From NCBI GenBank assembly GCA_044220955.1, contig JBGAQA010000123.1, positions 1-17,811 on the forward strand: a DNA stretch of 17,811 bases, read 5' to 3'. Both the position numbers and the translations under genes were made by a program. The DNA comes from Sandaracinaceae bacterium (GTDB taxonomy: Bacteria > Myxococcota_A > Polyangia > Polyangiales > Sandaracinaceae). Positions 1 to 7,766 of this stretch are shown in pieces. Position 1 is the stretch's first letter; each line of letters starts with the position of its first letter. Under the pieces are notes generated by a model. The model was given only the letters and a program-made list of their open reading frames with translations. It searched no databases and was not told the DNA's origin.

Positions 1-1
1 G

Positions 2-190
2 CCGGTGCGAGGCGCGCCGAGCGGAGGCGGGGGTGGCGGCGGCTCGGTGCTGGAGCTGTGGTGGTTCTGGACGATCATCGGCGTCGTGGTGGCGGGCGCG
101 GGCGTGGGCATCGGGGTCGGCGTGTCGTCCGGCGGCACGACGCAGGCGCCCACGGGGACGCTCTCGCCCGGCCGGGTCGTGTTGCCCTAG
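2..190 (+). CDS. Partial CDS (3' end only): Gly-rich linker, WWFW-led hydrophobic helix and short tail; probable C-terminally anchored secreted/membrane protein
   Basis: The frame is open from the window edge to TAG at 188-190. It reads GGGGGGGS-VLELWWFWTIIGVVVAGAGVGIGVGV, a C-terminal pattern common in myxobacterial exported proteins. The next gene starts 1 nt after the stop. Confidence 0.6.
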   Translation, partial: PVRGAPSGGGGGGGSVLELWWFWTIIGVVVAGAGVGIGVGVSSGGTTQAPTGTLSPGRVVLP

Positions 191-191
191 G

Positions 192-1043
192 GTGTCCGTG
201 CGCTCGCTGCTCGAGGAGGCCTTCCGCATCTTCCGCGCCCGCGGCGCGCGCTTGCTGGCGGCGGCCGTCGCCTTCTACACGCTGCTCGCCGCAGCGCCGC
301 TCTGCCTCGTCATCCTCTCGGTGCTCGGCGCGATGGTCGGCGGCGCCCGCGCGGACGACGCGCTCTGGGACGCGCTGGGGTTCTGGGTCGCACCGGAGGG
401 GTTGGCCGCGGCGCGCGCTCTCACGCGCAGCCTCGAGGGCGTCGAGGCGCGCTCGGGCGTGGCCGGGACGCTGCTGCTCCTCTACGGCAGCACGCGTCTC
501 TTCCGTGCGCTGCGCCGTGCGCTCAACCAGCTCTGGGGCATCGACCTCGAGCGCGTCGAGGGGGCGCGTCCGAGCGCGCACAAGTACGGCGTGCGCTACG
601 GTGGCGCGCTGGCGCTCGTGGCCCTCGCGATCGCGATCGTGGGAGTCCTCGCCGCCGTCAAGGCCCTCATCGCGCTCGTCCCGGTCACCGAGGTCGTGTG
701 GGCGCTCGATGGCATCGCGTCCATCGGCCTTTCGTTCGTGCTCTTCGCGGCGCTCTTCCGGCTCGTCCCCGAGACCGAGGTCACGTGGCGCGACGCGCTC
801 GCGAGCGCAGCCGTCACGACCGTGCTGTTCGCCGCCGGATCGGGGCTCGTCACGCTCTACGTCCATCGCGAGCACACGAGCGCGCTCTACGAGGGCGTCG
901 GCGCCGTCGTGGTCGCGATGCTCTGGGTCTACTACTCGGCGCAGGTCTTCTTCTTCGGCGCCTGCATCGGCGCCGTCCTGCACCAACGTGGGGTCACTCC
1001 ACTCCTGCACCAACGTGGGGTCACTCCACGGGTCCTCAAGTAG
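192..1043 (+). CDS. YihY/virulence factor BrkB family inner-membrane protein
   Basis: Family motifs AAAVAFYTLLAAAP, LRRALNQLWGI, LFRLVP and YEGVGAVVVAMLWVYYSAQVFFFGA, with about 6 TM helices. The start is placed at GTG 192 (alternative GTG 198); the 33-191 extension in the ORF track overlaps the upstream gene. Confidence 0.9.
   Translation: MSVRSLLEEAFRIFRARGARLLAAAVAFYTLLAAAPLCLVILSVLGAMVGGARADDALWDALGFWVAPEGLAAARALTRSLEGVEARSGVAGTLLLLYGSTRLFRALRRALNQLWGIDLERVEGARPSAHKYGVRYGGALALVALAIAIVGVLAAVKALIALVPVTEVVWALDGIASIGLSFVLFAALFRLVPETEVTWRDALASAAVTTVLFAAGSGLVTLYVHREHTSALYEGVGAVVVAMLWVYYSAQVFFFGACIGAVLHQRGVTPLLHQRGVTPRVLK
976..1029. repeat. Exact 27-bp tandem duplication TCCTGCACCAACGTGGGGTCACTCCAC x2
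   Basis: Copies at 976-1002 and 1003-1029. They give the duplicated LHQRGVTP peptide at the YihY C-terminus. Confidence 0.97.
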
Positions 1044-1161
1044 CTGAAATCACGGCGAACTGGCGGGTAGATGCGCAAGACACTTTCGCCAATTGTGTCT
1101 TGCGCATCTTGCCGCCAGAACCTCGTGATTCCGAGGAGTTGCGGGGGTGTGGAGTGACCCC
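1017..1161. mobile_element. 145-bp gapless imperfect palindrome with 13-bp terminal inverted repeats (MITE/REPIN-like, non-autonomous)
   Basis: GGGGTCACTCCAC (1017-1029) pairs with GTGGAGTGACCCC (1149-1161). The inner perfect 15-bp inverted repeat is AGATGCGCAAGACAC (1069-1083)/GTGTCTTGCGCATCT (1095-1109). Further matched blocks are 1060-1066/1112-1118 and 1048-1054/1124-1130. All are symmetric about position 1089. The palindrome is certain; mobility is inferred. Confidence 0.6.
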
Positions 1162-1190
1162 GCTATCGCCTGGAGTGACCCCGCTATCGG
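1150..1190. repeat. Tandem repeat with 21-bp period, core TGGAGTGACCCCGCTATCG x2
   Basis: Copies start at 1150 and 1171 and share 19 identical bases. The second copy contains the pilQ stop codon (1184-1186). Confidence 0.95.
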
Positions 1191-3442
1191 GAGAGGGCTT
1201 CGGCGCGGTTCACGATGCGTGGCGTCAGGAAGATGAGCAGCTCGGCGCGCTCGTCTCGCACGCGGCGGCGCTGGAAGAGCACGCCGAGGATCGGGATGTC
1301 GCCGAAGAACGGGATCTGGTCGACCGTGCGGCCGGTGTTGCGCGTGTAGATGCCGCCGATGACCGCGGTGTGGCCGTCCTCGATCAAGAGGTCGGTCTCG
1401 GCCTCGCGCTTGAGGATGGTGGGATCGCCGCGCGGCGAGGTCCGCGTGAAGTCGGGCTCGTCGCGCGTGACCTTCACGTGCATCGAGACGCTTCCGTCGC
1501 TCGTCACGTGCGGCCTGACGCGGAGCTCGAGCTTCGCTTCCTGGAAGGCCGTCTGCACGCCCTGCGCGCTGATCTGCGAGTACGGGATCAGGGTGCCCTG
1601 CGCGATGTGCGCCTCGTGGTTGTCGAGCGTGAGGATGCGCGGGCTCGAGATGATGCGCACCACACCCGTCGACTCCGCGGCCGACAGACGTACGGCGAGG
1701 TTCACGCCGCCGCCGAGGGCGCCCATCGTGATGCCGAGCGCGCCGCCGGCACCGGTGCCGGTCGAGGCGGGGAGGTTCACGGCGTAGTTCGGCGTCGAGA
1801 TCTGCCGCTGGTAGGGCGACAGACCGGCCGTGGGCGACTGCGTGTCGTAGTTGCCGCCCACGAAGCCCATGTTCGCCGGGAAGATCAGCCCGGTCGGGTT
1901 GCCGGTCGCCGTGCTCATCGTCACGTCGCCGCCCCACTGGATGCCGACGTCGCGTACGTACTGGCTCGTCGCTTCCACGATGCGGGCCTCGACGAGGACC
2001 TGCGGCGTCTGCGTGTCGAGCGTGCGGATCAGCTCCTCGACGTCGTCGAGGATGTCGGCGATGTCACGCACGATCAGCGTGTTCGTACGCTCGTCGACCG
2101 ACACGCTGCCGCGCTCGGAGAGCAGCTCCTCGACGCGAGGCTCGAGCTCGCCCGCCGTGGCGTAGCTGACGGGCACCAGGCGCGTCTCGAGCGGCTCGAG
2201 GGTCTCGAGCTGCTTGCGGCGCTCGATCGCCAGCTCGCGCTCCTTCTCGAGGGTCTCGAGCGGCGCGACGCGGATCAGGTTGCCGCGACGGACCATGCCG
2301 AGGCCCTTGGCCTGCAAGATCACCTCGAGCGCCTGATCCCAGGGGACGTTCCGCATCCGGATCGTGACGGTGCCGCTGACGTCGTCGCTGGTGACGATGT
2401 TCACGCCGCCGACCTCGGCGAGCAGGCGCAGGATGTTGTGGATGTCGGCGTTGTTGAAGTCGAGATCGATGCGCCGGCCGCGGTAGCGCCGCGAGCCGCG
2501 CGCCTCGTCGACCTGCAAGGGGACGTCCGTGAGGAAGGCCGCCGCCTCGTCGCTGTCGATGGCGTACTCGCCCATCTCCTCCGTGACGGCGTCCATGACG
2601 TCGTCCTCGCGCGCGATGGTGCGCGTGCGCGGTCGGGACGCCTCCTCCTCGGTCACGGGCGCCGCGGCGAAGAGCCACACGATGCGGTTGCCCTCGCGGA
2701 TGGCCGTGCCCGGCGCGCCGTCCGGGCGGTCGACCTCGATGACCGCGCGGCCGTCCGCCATGCGGACGCTGATGCCGCGCACGACGTGTCCGCTTCCGCT
2801 GACCTCGACGTCGCGGTCGCAGTCCTCGCCGATGTTGGCAGTCGGGACCTCGAGACGGGCCGGACCGACCGACCCCGGGAGCAGGCTGAAGGGGGCAGCG
2901 TGATTCAGCGTGACGACGACGCGATCGCGCCCGTCGCGGCGCTCGAGCGTGACCCCCTGGATCGTCGGCGCGCCCTCGTCCTCGTCACCGCCGCGATCGC
3001 GCGCGGCCCCGACCACCGGCACCTCGTCGTCGTCGAGCGAGTCCTCCTCGATGCGCTCGAGCCGGAGCTGGATGCGCCCCGACGTCGCGCGCGCGCGGTA
3101 GACGACCGGCGCCGAGAGCTCGAGCTCGATGCGCACGCCGAGCGCGGTCTCGCTCGTCGTGCTGCGCGTCACGAGGCTCGAGTCACCGTCGAGCGCGAGC
3201 CCGTCGTCCGGCATCGTCGCGTGCGACACGTCGACGACGACGATCCGCCCCTCGTCTCGACTTCGGATCTCGTACGTCGGCACGGCGAAGTCGCCGCGGA
3301 TCGTCAGATCCGCTCGCGTCCCCGTCCCGTGGACCGCGAGGGCCTCGACGCGGGCGTCGTCCGAGTGCTGCGCGAGCGCCGTGAGGGGCGAGGCGAGCAC
3401 GAGCGCGATGGCGAGGGCCTTCTCGAGAGTGGCTTGTCGCAT
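1184..3442 (-). CDS. pilQ: Type IV pilus secretin PilQ with N-terminal AMIN-like domains
   Basis: Signal peptide and two AMIN-like segments. N0 motifs YRGRRIDLDFNNADIHNILRLLAEVGGVNIV and NVPWDQAL; SVDERTNTLIVRD; PQVLVEARIVE; secretin C-terminus IPFFGDIPILGVLF...ELLIFLTPRIV. The start is ATG 3442 (MRQATLEK) with GGAG 5 nt upstream, rather than 3514. Confidence 0.97.
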   Translation of the reverse strand: MRQATLEKALAIALVLASPLTALAQHSDDARVEALAVHGTGTRADLTIRGDFAVPTYEIRSRDEGRIVVVDVSHATMPDDGLALDGDSSLVTRSTTSETALGVRIELELSAPVVYRARATSGRIQLRLERIEEDSLDDDEVPVVGAARDRGGDEDEGAPTIQGVTLERRDGRDRVVVTLNHAAPFSLLPGSVGPARLEVPTANIGEDCDRDVEVSGSGHVVRGISVRMADGRAVIEVDRPDGAPGTAIREGNRIVWLFAAAPVTEEEASRPRTRTIAREDDVMDAVTEEMGEYAIDSDEAAAFLTDVPLQVDEARGSRRYRGRRIDLDFNNADIHNILRLLAEVGGVNIVTSDDVSGTVTIRMRNVPWDQALEVILQAKGLGMVRRGNLIRVAPLETLEKERELAIERRKQLETLEPLETRLVPVSYATAGELEPRVEELLSERGSVSVDERTNTLIVRDIADILDDVEELIRTLDTQTPQVLVEARIVEATSQYVRDVGIQWGGDVTMSTATGNPTGLIFPANMGFVGGNYDTQSPTAGLSPYQRQISTPNYAVNLPASTGTGAGGALGITMGALGGGVNLAVRLSAAESTGVVRIISSPRILTLDNHEAHIAQGTLIPYSQISAQGVQTAFQEAKLELRVRPHVTSDGSVSMHVKVTRDEPDFTRTSPRGDPTILKREAETDLLIEDGHTAVIGGIYTRNTGRTVDQIPFFGDIPILGVLFQRRRVRDERAELLIFLTPRIVNRAEALSR

Positions 3443-3512
3443 GAAAGCTCCAGCGAGAGACAGACACACGGCCTCTCGTCGTGCGATCATCGTCCGGGCG
3501 CGCGATGCCGAC

Positions 3513-3544
3513 AAAAAAACGGCGAGAGGGAAAGCCTCTCGCCG
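3513..3544 (-). terminator. Intrinsic (Rho-independent) terminator between pilP and pilQ
   Basis: The minus strand reads CGGCGAGAGG-CTTTC-CCTCTCGCCG-TTTTTTT: a perfect 10-bp stem, 5-nt loop and 7 U, 28 nt after the pilP stop. Confidence 0.75.
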
Positions 3545-3572
3545 CTCGTTCGCCGCCGACCGCGCGGAGACG

Positions 3573-4166
3573 TCAGCCGGGAGCCTCGACCTCCGACGGA
3601 TCGTGCAGCGCGATCTCGCGGGTCAGCGGGGGCCGGTTCGGCGCGGTCGGGTCCTCGCGCGAGAGGATGACCGCGTCGTCACGGATGCGCTCCACGCGCC
3701 AGTTGAGCGTGACGGGAACGCTGTCCTCGCCGCCGGTCTGCACGATCTCCGCGCGCCCCACGAAGTCGCCGCGGTGAACCGTGTGACCGGTGCCGTCGGT
3801 CCCGACGAGCATCGCGCTCGGGTTCGCGACACCGCTGACGATCGCGATGAGGTGCATCTCGTCGACGGCCGTCTGCCCCATGATGACCTCGCGCTGGATG
3901 CGCCCGGGCTCGACGGTGTGCGGCACGAAGAGGTTGGTGTAGGCGCGGAAAGGGTCGCGGTTGGTGTCGGCCTCGACGAAGTCGGAGTCCGCGTAGGTCT
4001 GCGCGGCCGGACCCGCGGCGACCTCTTCCTCGAGCGGGGGCTCGGGCGCTGCGGTGACCGCGCTCGTGGGCGGCGGCGGCGCGGGCGGCGGGCCGACGTT
4101 GATGGTCTCGCCGCCACAGCCGAGCGCGAGGAGCGCGAGGAGCGCGGCAGGTCGCTGCGTGCTCAT
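3573..4166 (-). CDS. pilP: Type IV pilus assembly lipoprotein PilP
   Basis: Lipobox LALG-C, Pro-rich linker, RDPF motif and beta domain (LIAIVSG...AMLVGTDGTGHTVHRGDFVGR). It lies between pilO and pilQ, with an ATGA overlap with pilO. Confidence 0.92.
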   Translation of the reverse strand: MSTQRPAALLALLALGCGGETINVGPPPAPPPPTSAVTAAPEPPLEEEVAAGPAAQTYADSDFVEADTNRDPFRAYTNLFVPHTVEPGRIQREVIMGQTAVDEMHLIAIVSGVANPSAMLVGTDGTGHTVHRGDFVGRAEIVQTGGEDSVPVTLNWRVERIRDDAVILSREDPTAPNRPPLTREIALHDPSEVEAPG

Positions 4167-4810
4167 GCGCCACCTCCCGGGGGTGGCGGCGCGCTCGGGT
4201 CTCCGGGCGGAGGTCCCGTGTCCACCGGCGGGCGCCGGAACGTGTTCGCCATCAGCTCCACGTCGATCACCACGTCCTCACCCTCGACGTGCGGGTTCTC
4301 GAGGCCGATGTCCTCGAGGCTGATCGCGCGCTCGAGGCGGCTGACGCTGTACACGAAGCGCGCGAGCTGGTGGTAGCGGCCCGACACGTGGAGCGACACC
4401 GGGAGGCGGATGTAGTGCGCCTCCGGCTCCTCGGGGCGCGGCTCGACGAGGCGCATCGCGAGGCCGCTCGTCTCGGCGAGGCGGTTGAGATCCTGCAAGA
4501 ACGAGGCGATCTCGGCCTGCTCCGGCAGCACGCGCAGGTTCGCGCGATCGACGCCGACGCGCGCCGCGAGCTGCTCGCTCAGCTGGATGTACTCCTGCTG
4601 GCGCGCCTGAGCCTGCTGCATCTGCGCGACGAGCTGCGTGTGCTGCGACTGCGCGCTCTCGATGTCCTCGGTGAGCGGCGCGTGGAGCGCGAAGTAGTAG
4701 ATGGCGCCGATGATGGCGGCGACGAAGACGCAGATGGCCGCCTTCGCCGGGGCGGGGAGCGCGCCGAAGCTCTGGGGGCCGGACGCGGGCTTGGCTGCGG
4801 GGGGTGCCAT
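4163..4810 (-). CDS. pilO: Type IV pilus assembly protein PilO
   Basis: Single N-terminal TM helix, coiled coil, LPEQAEIASFLQDL and YIRLPVSLHVSGRYHQLARFVYSVSRLER; operon position fits. Confidence 0.95.
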   Translation of the reverse strand: MAPPAAKPASGPQSFGALPAPAKAAICVFVAAIIGAIYYFALHAPLTEDIESAQSQHTQLVAQMQQAQARQQEYIQLSEQLAARVGVDRANLRVLPEQAEIASFLQDLNRLAETSGLAMRLVEPRPEEPEAHYIRLPVSLHVSGRYHQLARFVYSVSRLERAISLEDIGLENPHVEGEDVVIDVELMANTFRRPPVDTGPPPGDPSAPPPPGGGA

Positions 4811-4819
4811 GCGTTGCTC

Positions 4820-5473
4820 CTAGTAGACCACCGAGCAGGAGAGCTCGAAGGAGATGAGATCGAGGTGGGACTCGGCGTCGGTGACGGCCTCGGTCTTGGT
4901 CAGCGTGACGTCGCCGAACGACTCCGAGAGCGTGAGCCGCCGCAGGAACTCCGCGACGTCCTCGTTGGTCTTGCCGAGCCCGTGGATCTCGACGTGGCGG
5001 TCCTCCTCGGTGAACGAGGTGAGCCAGAGGCGGCGCGTGTCCCACGTGGGGCTGAAGCCGGCGAGCGGGTTGTCGCGACGGATCGCCTCGAGGCGCTCGG
5101 GGTCGACGGTGGGGCCGCCGCTCGCCGAGAGGATACGAGAGAGCTCCATCAGGATGCGCGTCGGTCCGAAGCGGGCGCGCTGCAGCTCGCCGACGACGTC
5201 CTCGAGCTCCTGGCTCTCGGCCAGCTGCGCGCGAACCTCGTCGATGTTGGCAGACTGTGCCTCGAGCGCCGTGATCTGGACCTGCAGGGCCGCGTTCTGC
5301 GCGCGCTGCTCGTCGAGGGTGCCGGTGCCGTTGAAGTAGATCAGCGCGCAGACGAGCACCGTCACGAACGCCGTGGCCACGTACGCGATGATCCAGGGCG
5401 TCGCGCTGCCCTCGCCGCCCGCCGAAGCGCGCTGCTTTCGCGCGTTCGGGAGCAGGTTGATCCGTACCATCAT
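4820..5473 (-). CDS. pilN: Type IV pilus assembly protein PilN
   Basis: N-terminal PilM-binding RINLLP motif, TM helix, coiled coil and C-terminal LWLTSF...IHGLGKTNEDVAEFLRRL. RBS GAGGTGG upstream. The start is ATG 5473 or 5470. Confidence 0.95.
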   Translation of the reverse strand: MMVRINLLPNARKQRASAGGEGSATPWIIAYVATAFVTVLVCALIYFNGTGTLDEQRAQNAALQVQITALEAQSANIDEVRAQLAESQELEDVVGELQRARFGPTRILMELSRILSASGGPTVDPERLEAIRRDNPLAGFSPTWDTRRLWLTSFTEEDRHVEIHGLGKTNEDVAEFLRRLTLSESFGDVTLTKTEAVTDAESHLDLISFELSCSVVY

Positions 5474-5501
5474 CGGACCACCTCGCTGTGCAGTGCGGCG
5501 A

Positions 5502-6557
5502 TCATTCGGACTTCTCCCGGTCCTTGCGAAGAGCGAGCCCGGCGGCCACGACCGCCTGCGCCGAGCGCTGCGCGAGCAGGCCCTGGTCGACCGTCTTCGG
5601 ATCGATCGGGGCGATTCGCTGCGGATCGATCACCTCGACGGGCACCCGCGCGCGGCGCTCGATCGAGTCGATCAGCGCGCGGATGTTCGCGGTCCCGCCC
5701 GAGACGAAGACCTTGTGAACTTCGCCCTCGCCGCTGGTGGCGAGGTAGAAGTCGAGCGAGCGCTGGATCTCGCCGGCGAGCTGCTCGACGACGCGCGAGA
5801 CGATGTCCGGCACCTCCCGCGGCACCAGGCCGCGTCCGTCGCCGCCACACTTGTAGGCCTCGGCCTCGTCGGCCGAGATCCCGAGCTCGCGCTGGATCTC
5901 CTCGGTGATGTTGTTCCCGCCGTTGGCGATGTCGCGCGTGAAGCTCGTGGTGCCGCCGCTCAGGATGTTGAGCGTGGTCAGCGACGCGCCGACGTGCAGG
6001 AGCGCGAGCGTCTGGTTCGTGGGGATCGCCCCGTAGCCGGCCTCGAACGCGTTCTGCACGGTGAACGCGTCGAGATCGATGACCTTGGGCTTGAGCTTGG
6101 CCTCGAGGGCGAGGTTCGTGAGCTCGTTGACCTCTTCCTTCTTGGCGGCGACGAGGAGCACGTCCATCTGACGCTGCTCCTCGCGCCGGCCCACGATCTG
6201 CCAGTCCATCTCGACCTCGGCGAGGTCGAAGGGGATGTGCTGCTCGGCCTCCCACTGGATCTGCTCGCGCAGCTCCGCGGGGGTCATGAGCGGCATGGTG
6301 ATCTTCTTGATGATCACCGAGTGCCCGCTGACCCGGAGGGCGACGTCCTTCTGCTTCTGCTTGAAGAAGAGCTTCTCGAGCCCCTCGACGACGGCGGCCG
6401 AGTTGATGATGTGGCCGTCGACGATGGTCTGCGCCGGAAGCGGGTGGTAGCCGAAGCGCACGAGCGTGCGCTGGCCCTTCCGTCCCTCCTTCAGCTCGCA
6501 GACCTTGATCGAGCTCGACCCGATGTCGACCCCGACCAGGTTCTTTCCTTCGGACAT
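5502..6557 (-). CDS. pilM: Type IV pilus assembly protein PilM (FtsA/actin-like)
   Basis: Motifs VGVDIGSSSIKVCEL, EAEQHIPF, LLVAAKK, EIQRSLDFY, VSGGTA and GLALR. The start is ATG 6557 (MSEGKNLVG) with GAGGAG 9 nt upstream. Confidence 0.97.
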   Translation of the reverse strand: MSEGKNLVGVDIGSSSIKVCELKEGRKGQRTLVRFGYHPLPAQTIVDGHIINSAAVVEGLEKLFFKQKQKDVALRVSGHSVIIKKITMPLMTPAELREQIQWEAEQHIPFDLAEVEMDWQIVGRREEQRQMDVLLVAAKKEEVNELTNLALEAKLKPKVIDLDAFTVQNAFEAGYGAIPTNQTLALLHVGASLTTLNILSGGTTSFTRDIANGGNNITEEIQRELGISADEAEAYKCGGDGRGLVPREVPDIVSRVVEQLAGEIQRSLDFYLATSGEGEVHKVFVSGGTANIRALIDSIERRARVPVEVIDPQRIAPIDPKTVDQGLLAQRSAQAVVAAGLALRKDREKSE

Positions 6558-6687
6558 CGCGTGCTGCTCCTCGGCTCCATGAGATGGTGGCACCCGCCCA
6601 CTACGAGATCAAAAAACGGTCGTGTCGTGGGACGGCAGCCCCGGCTGGTTTGCCGGGGAGGGAAGGTCGGGCTAGGTCGAGCGGCTC

Positions 6688-7731
6688 GTGCGACGGGTCC
6701 TGCCCTACCTCTTCTTCTGGTGGCTGCTGGCGAGCGCTGGGATCGCAGACGCCCAGGCGACGCACGTCGTGCGCCCGGGCCAGTCGCTCGCCCGCATCGC
6801 CCGCCGCTACCACGTGACGGTCGCGGACCTGGCGGCGGCGAACGGCCTGGCGTCCGGCGCCGCCGTCCGCCCGGGCCAGGAGCTGCGGATCCCCGAGGCC
6901 GGCGTCGCGTACGTCCGCGCCGGCGACTCGCTCGTGGAGATCGCGCACGCCCACGCCTGCACCGTGGCGGAGCTGGTCCGCCTGAACCACCTGCACGAGG
7001 GGCAGGCCCTGCAGGTCGGGCAGCGGCTCGTGCTCCCTGGCTACGAGGAGCCACGCGGAGCCCACGGCGCGAGCGCTCCGCGCTGGGGCCGCGCCCGGAC
7101 GCCGGGGACCGCCACGTTCTACCGGATCGCGACGCACAGCCGGCAGCGCATCCGGCTCGTCGACACCACGCGTCACGCGACGCGCGCGGCGATCCGGCGC
7201 CTGGGCCTGATGATGCGGCCGCGCGGCGCCCGCCCGCGCGAGACCTTCCCGAACCCGCCCGCGCGCCTGATCGAGCTGCTCGCCCGCGTCAGCGACCACT
7301 TCGGCGGCCACGTCATCCAGATCGTCAGCGGCTACCGCCACGCGGGCGGCTACACGCGCGAGTCCAGCCAGCACACGCACGGCCACGCGATCGACATCCA
7401 CGTCGACGGCGTGCCGAACACGGAGCTGCGCGACTACCTGCGGACCTTCGACCGCGTGGGCGTGGGCTACTACCCGCGCAGCACGTTCGTGCACTTCGAC
7501 GTGCGCACGCGGAGCGCGTACTGGGTGGACTGGTCACGCCCGGGCGAGGAGCCACGGTACCAGCGCCGCGGCGAGGCGCCGCCGACCGACGCGACGGAGG
7601 GCGAGCGGGCGGAGGTCGGCGAGGGCGGCGACGAGCCGGCCGAGGAGACGGAGGCCGAGACCGACGCGATCGACGCGGAGGCCGACACGGGCGAGGCGTC
7701 CGAGGCGCCCGCCGATCCGGCGGCGCCCTGA
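6688..7731 (+). CDS. Secreted LysM-LysM-peptidase M15 (YcbK/MepK, DUF882-like) peptidoglycan hydrolase with acidic tail
   Basis: Signal peptide ending ADA. Two LysM repeats (HVVRPGQSLARIARRYHVTVADLAAANGL; YVRAGDSLVEIAHAHACTVAELVRLNHL). M15 zinc motifs IVSGYR, SQHTHGHAIDI, GVGYYP and FVHFDVR. Confidence 0.88.
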   Translation: MRRVLPYLFFWWLLASAGIADAQATHVVRPGQSLARIARRYHVTVADLAAANGLASGAAVRPGQELRIPEAGVAYVRAGDSLVEIAHAHACTVAELVRLNHLHEGQALQVGQRLVLPGYEEPRGAHGASAPRWGRARTPGTATFYRIATHSRQRIRLVDTTRHATRAAIRRLGLMMRPRGARPRETFPNPPARLIELLARVSDHFGGHVIQIVSGYRHAGGYTRESSQHTHGHAIDIHVDGVPNTELRDYLRTFDRVGVGYYPRSTFVHFDVRTRSAYWVDWSRPGEEPRYQRRGEAPPTDATEGERAEVGEGGDEPAEETEAETDAIDAEADTGEASEAPADPAAP

Positions 7732-7766
7732 TCGTCGCCGAACGGCCGGTCGCGGTGATCGGCCAT

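Noticed and set aside
976..1190. Possible mini CRISPR array from the GGGGTCACTCCA repeats
   Set aside because: The repeats are only 12-13 bp and lie in opposite orientations, the intervening sequences duplicate the flanks instead of being unique spacers, and no cas genes are present.
3443..3514. N-terminal extension of PilQ in the ORF track
   Set aside because: ATG 3442 has an RBS and gives a normal signal peptide, and the upstream start falls in the terminator U-tract.
698..3670. 990-aa plus-strand ORF and similar long ORFs (4289-5908, 5373-7928, 8319-10565, 10587-13478, 13223-15778)
   Set aside because: They are antisense or off-frame shadows of motif-bearing genes, Arg/Ala/Gly-rich with no domain motifs, as expected when stop codons are rare in high-GC DNA.
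6620..6660. Possible c-di-GMP-I (GEMM) riboswitch upstream of pilM (minus strand GGCAAACCAGC...)
   Set aside because: It lacks the GNRA tetraloop and the downstream GACGCAAAGC core; only the GGCAAAC heptamer matches.
6688..7731. Calling the LysM gene tsaP
   Set aside because: TsaP has one LysM and no M15 catalytic motifs; this protein has two LysM domains and a zinc-peptidase signature.
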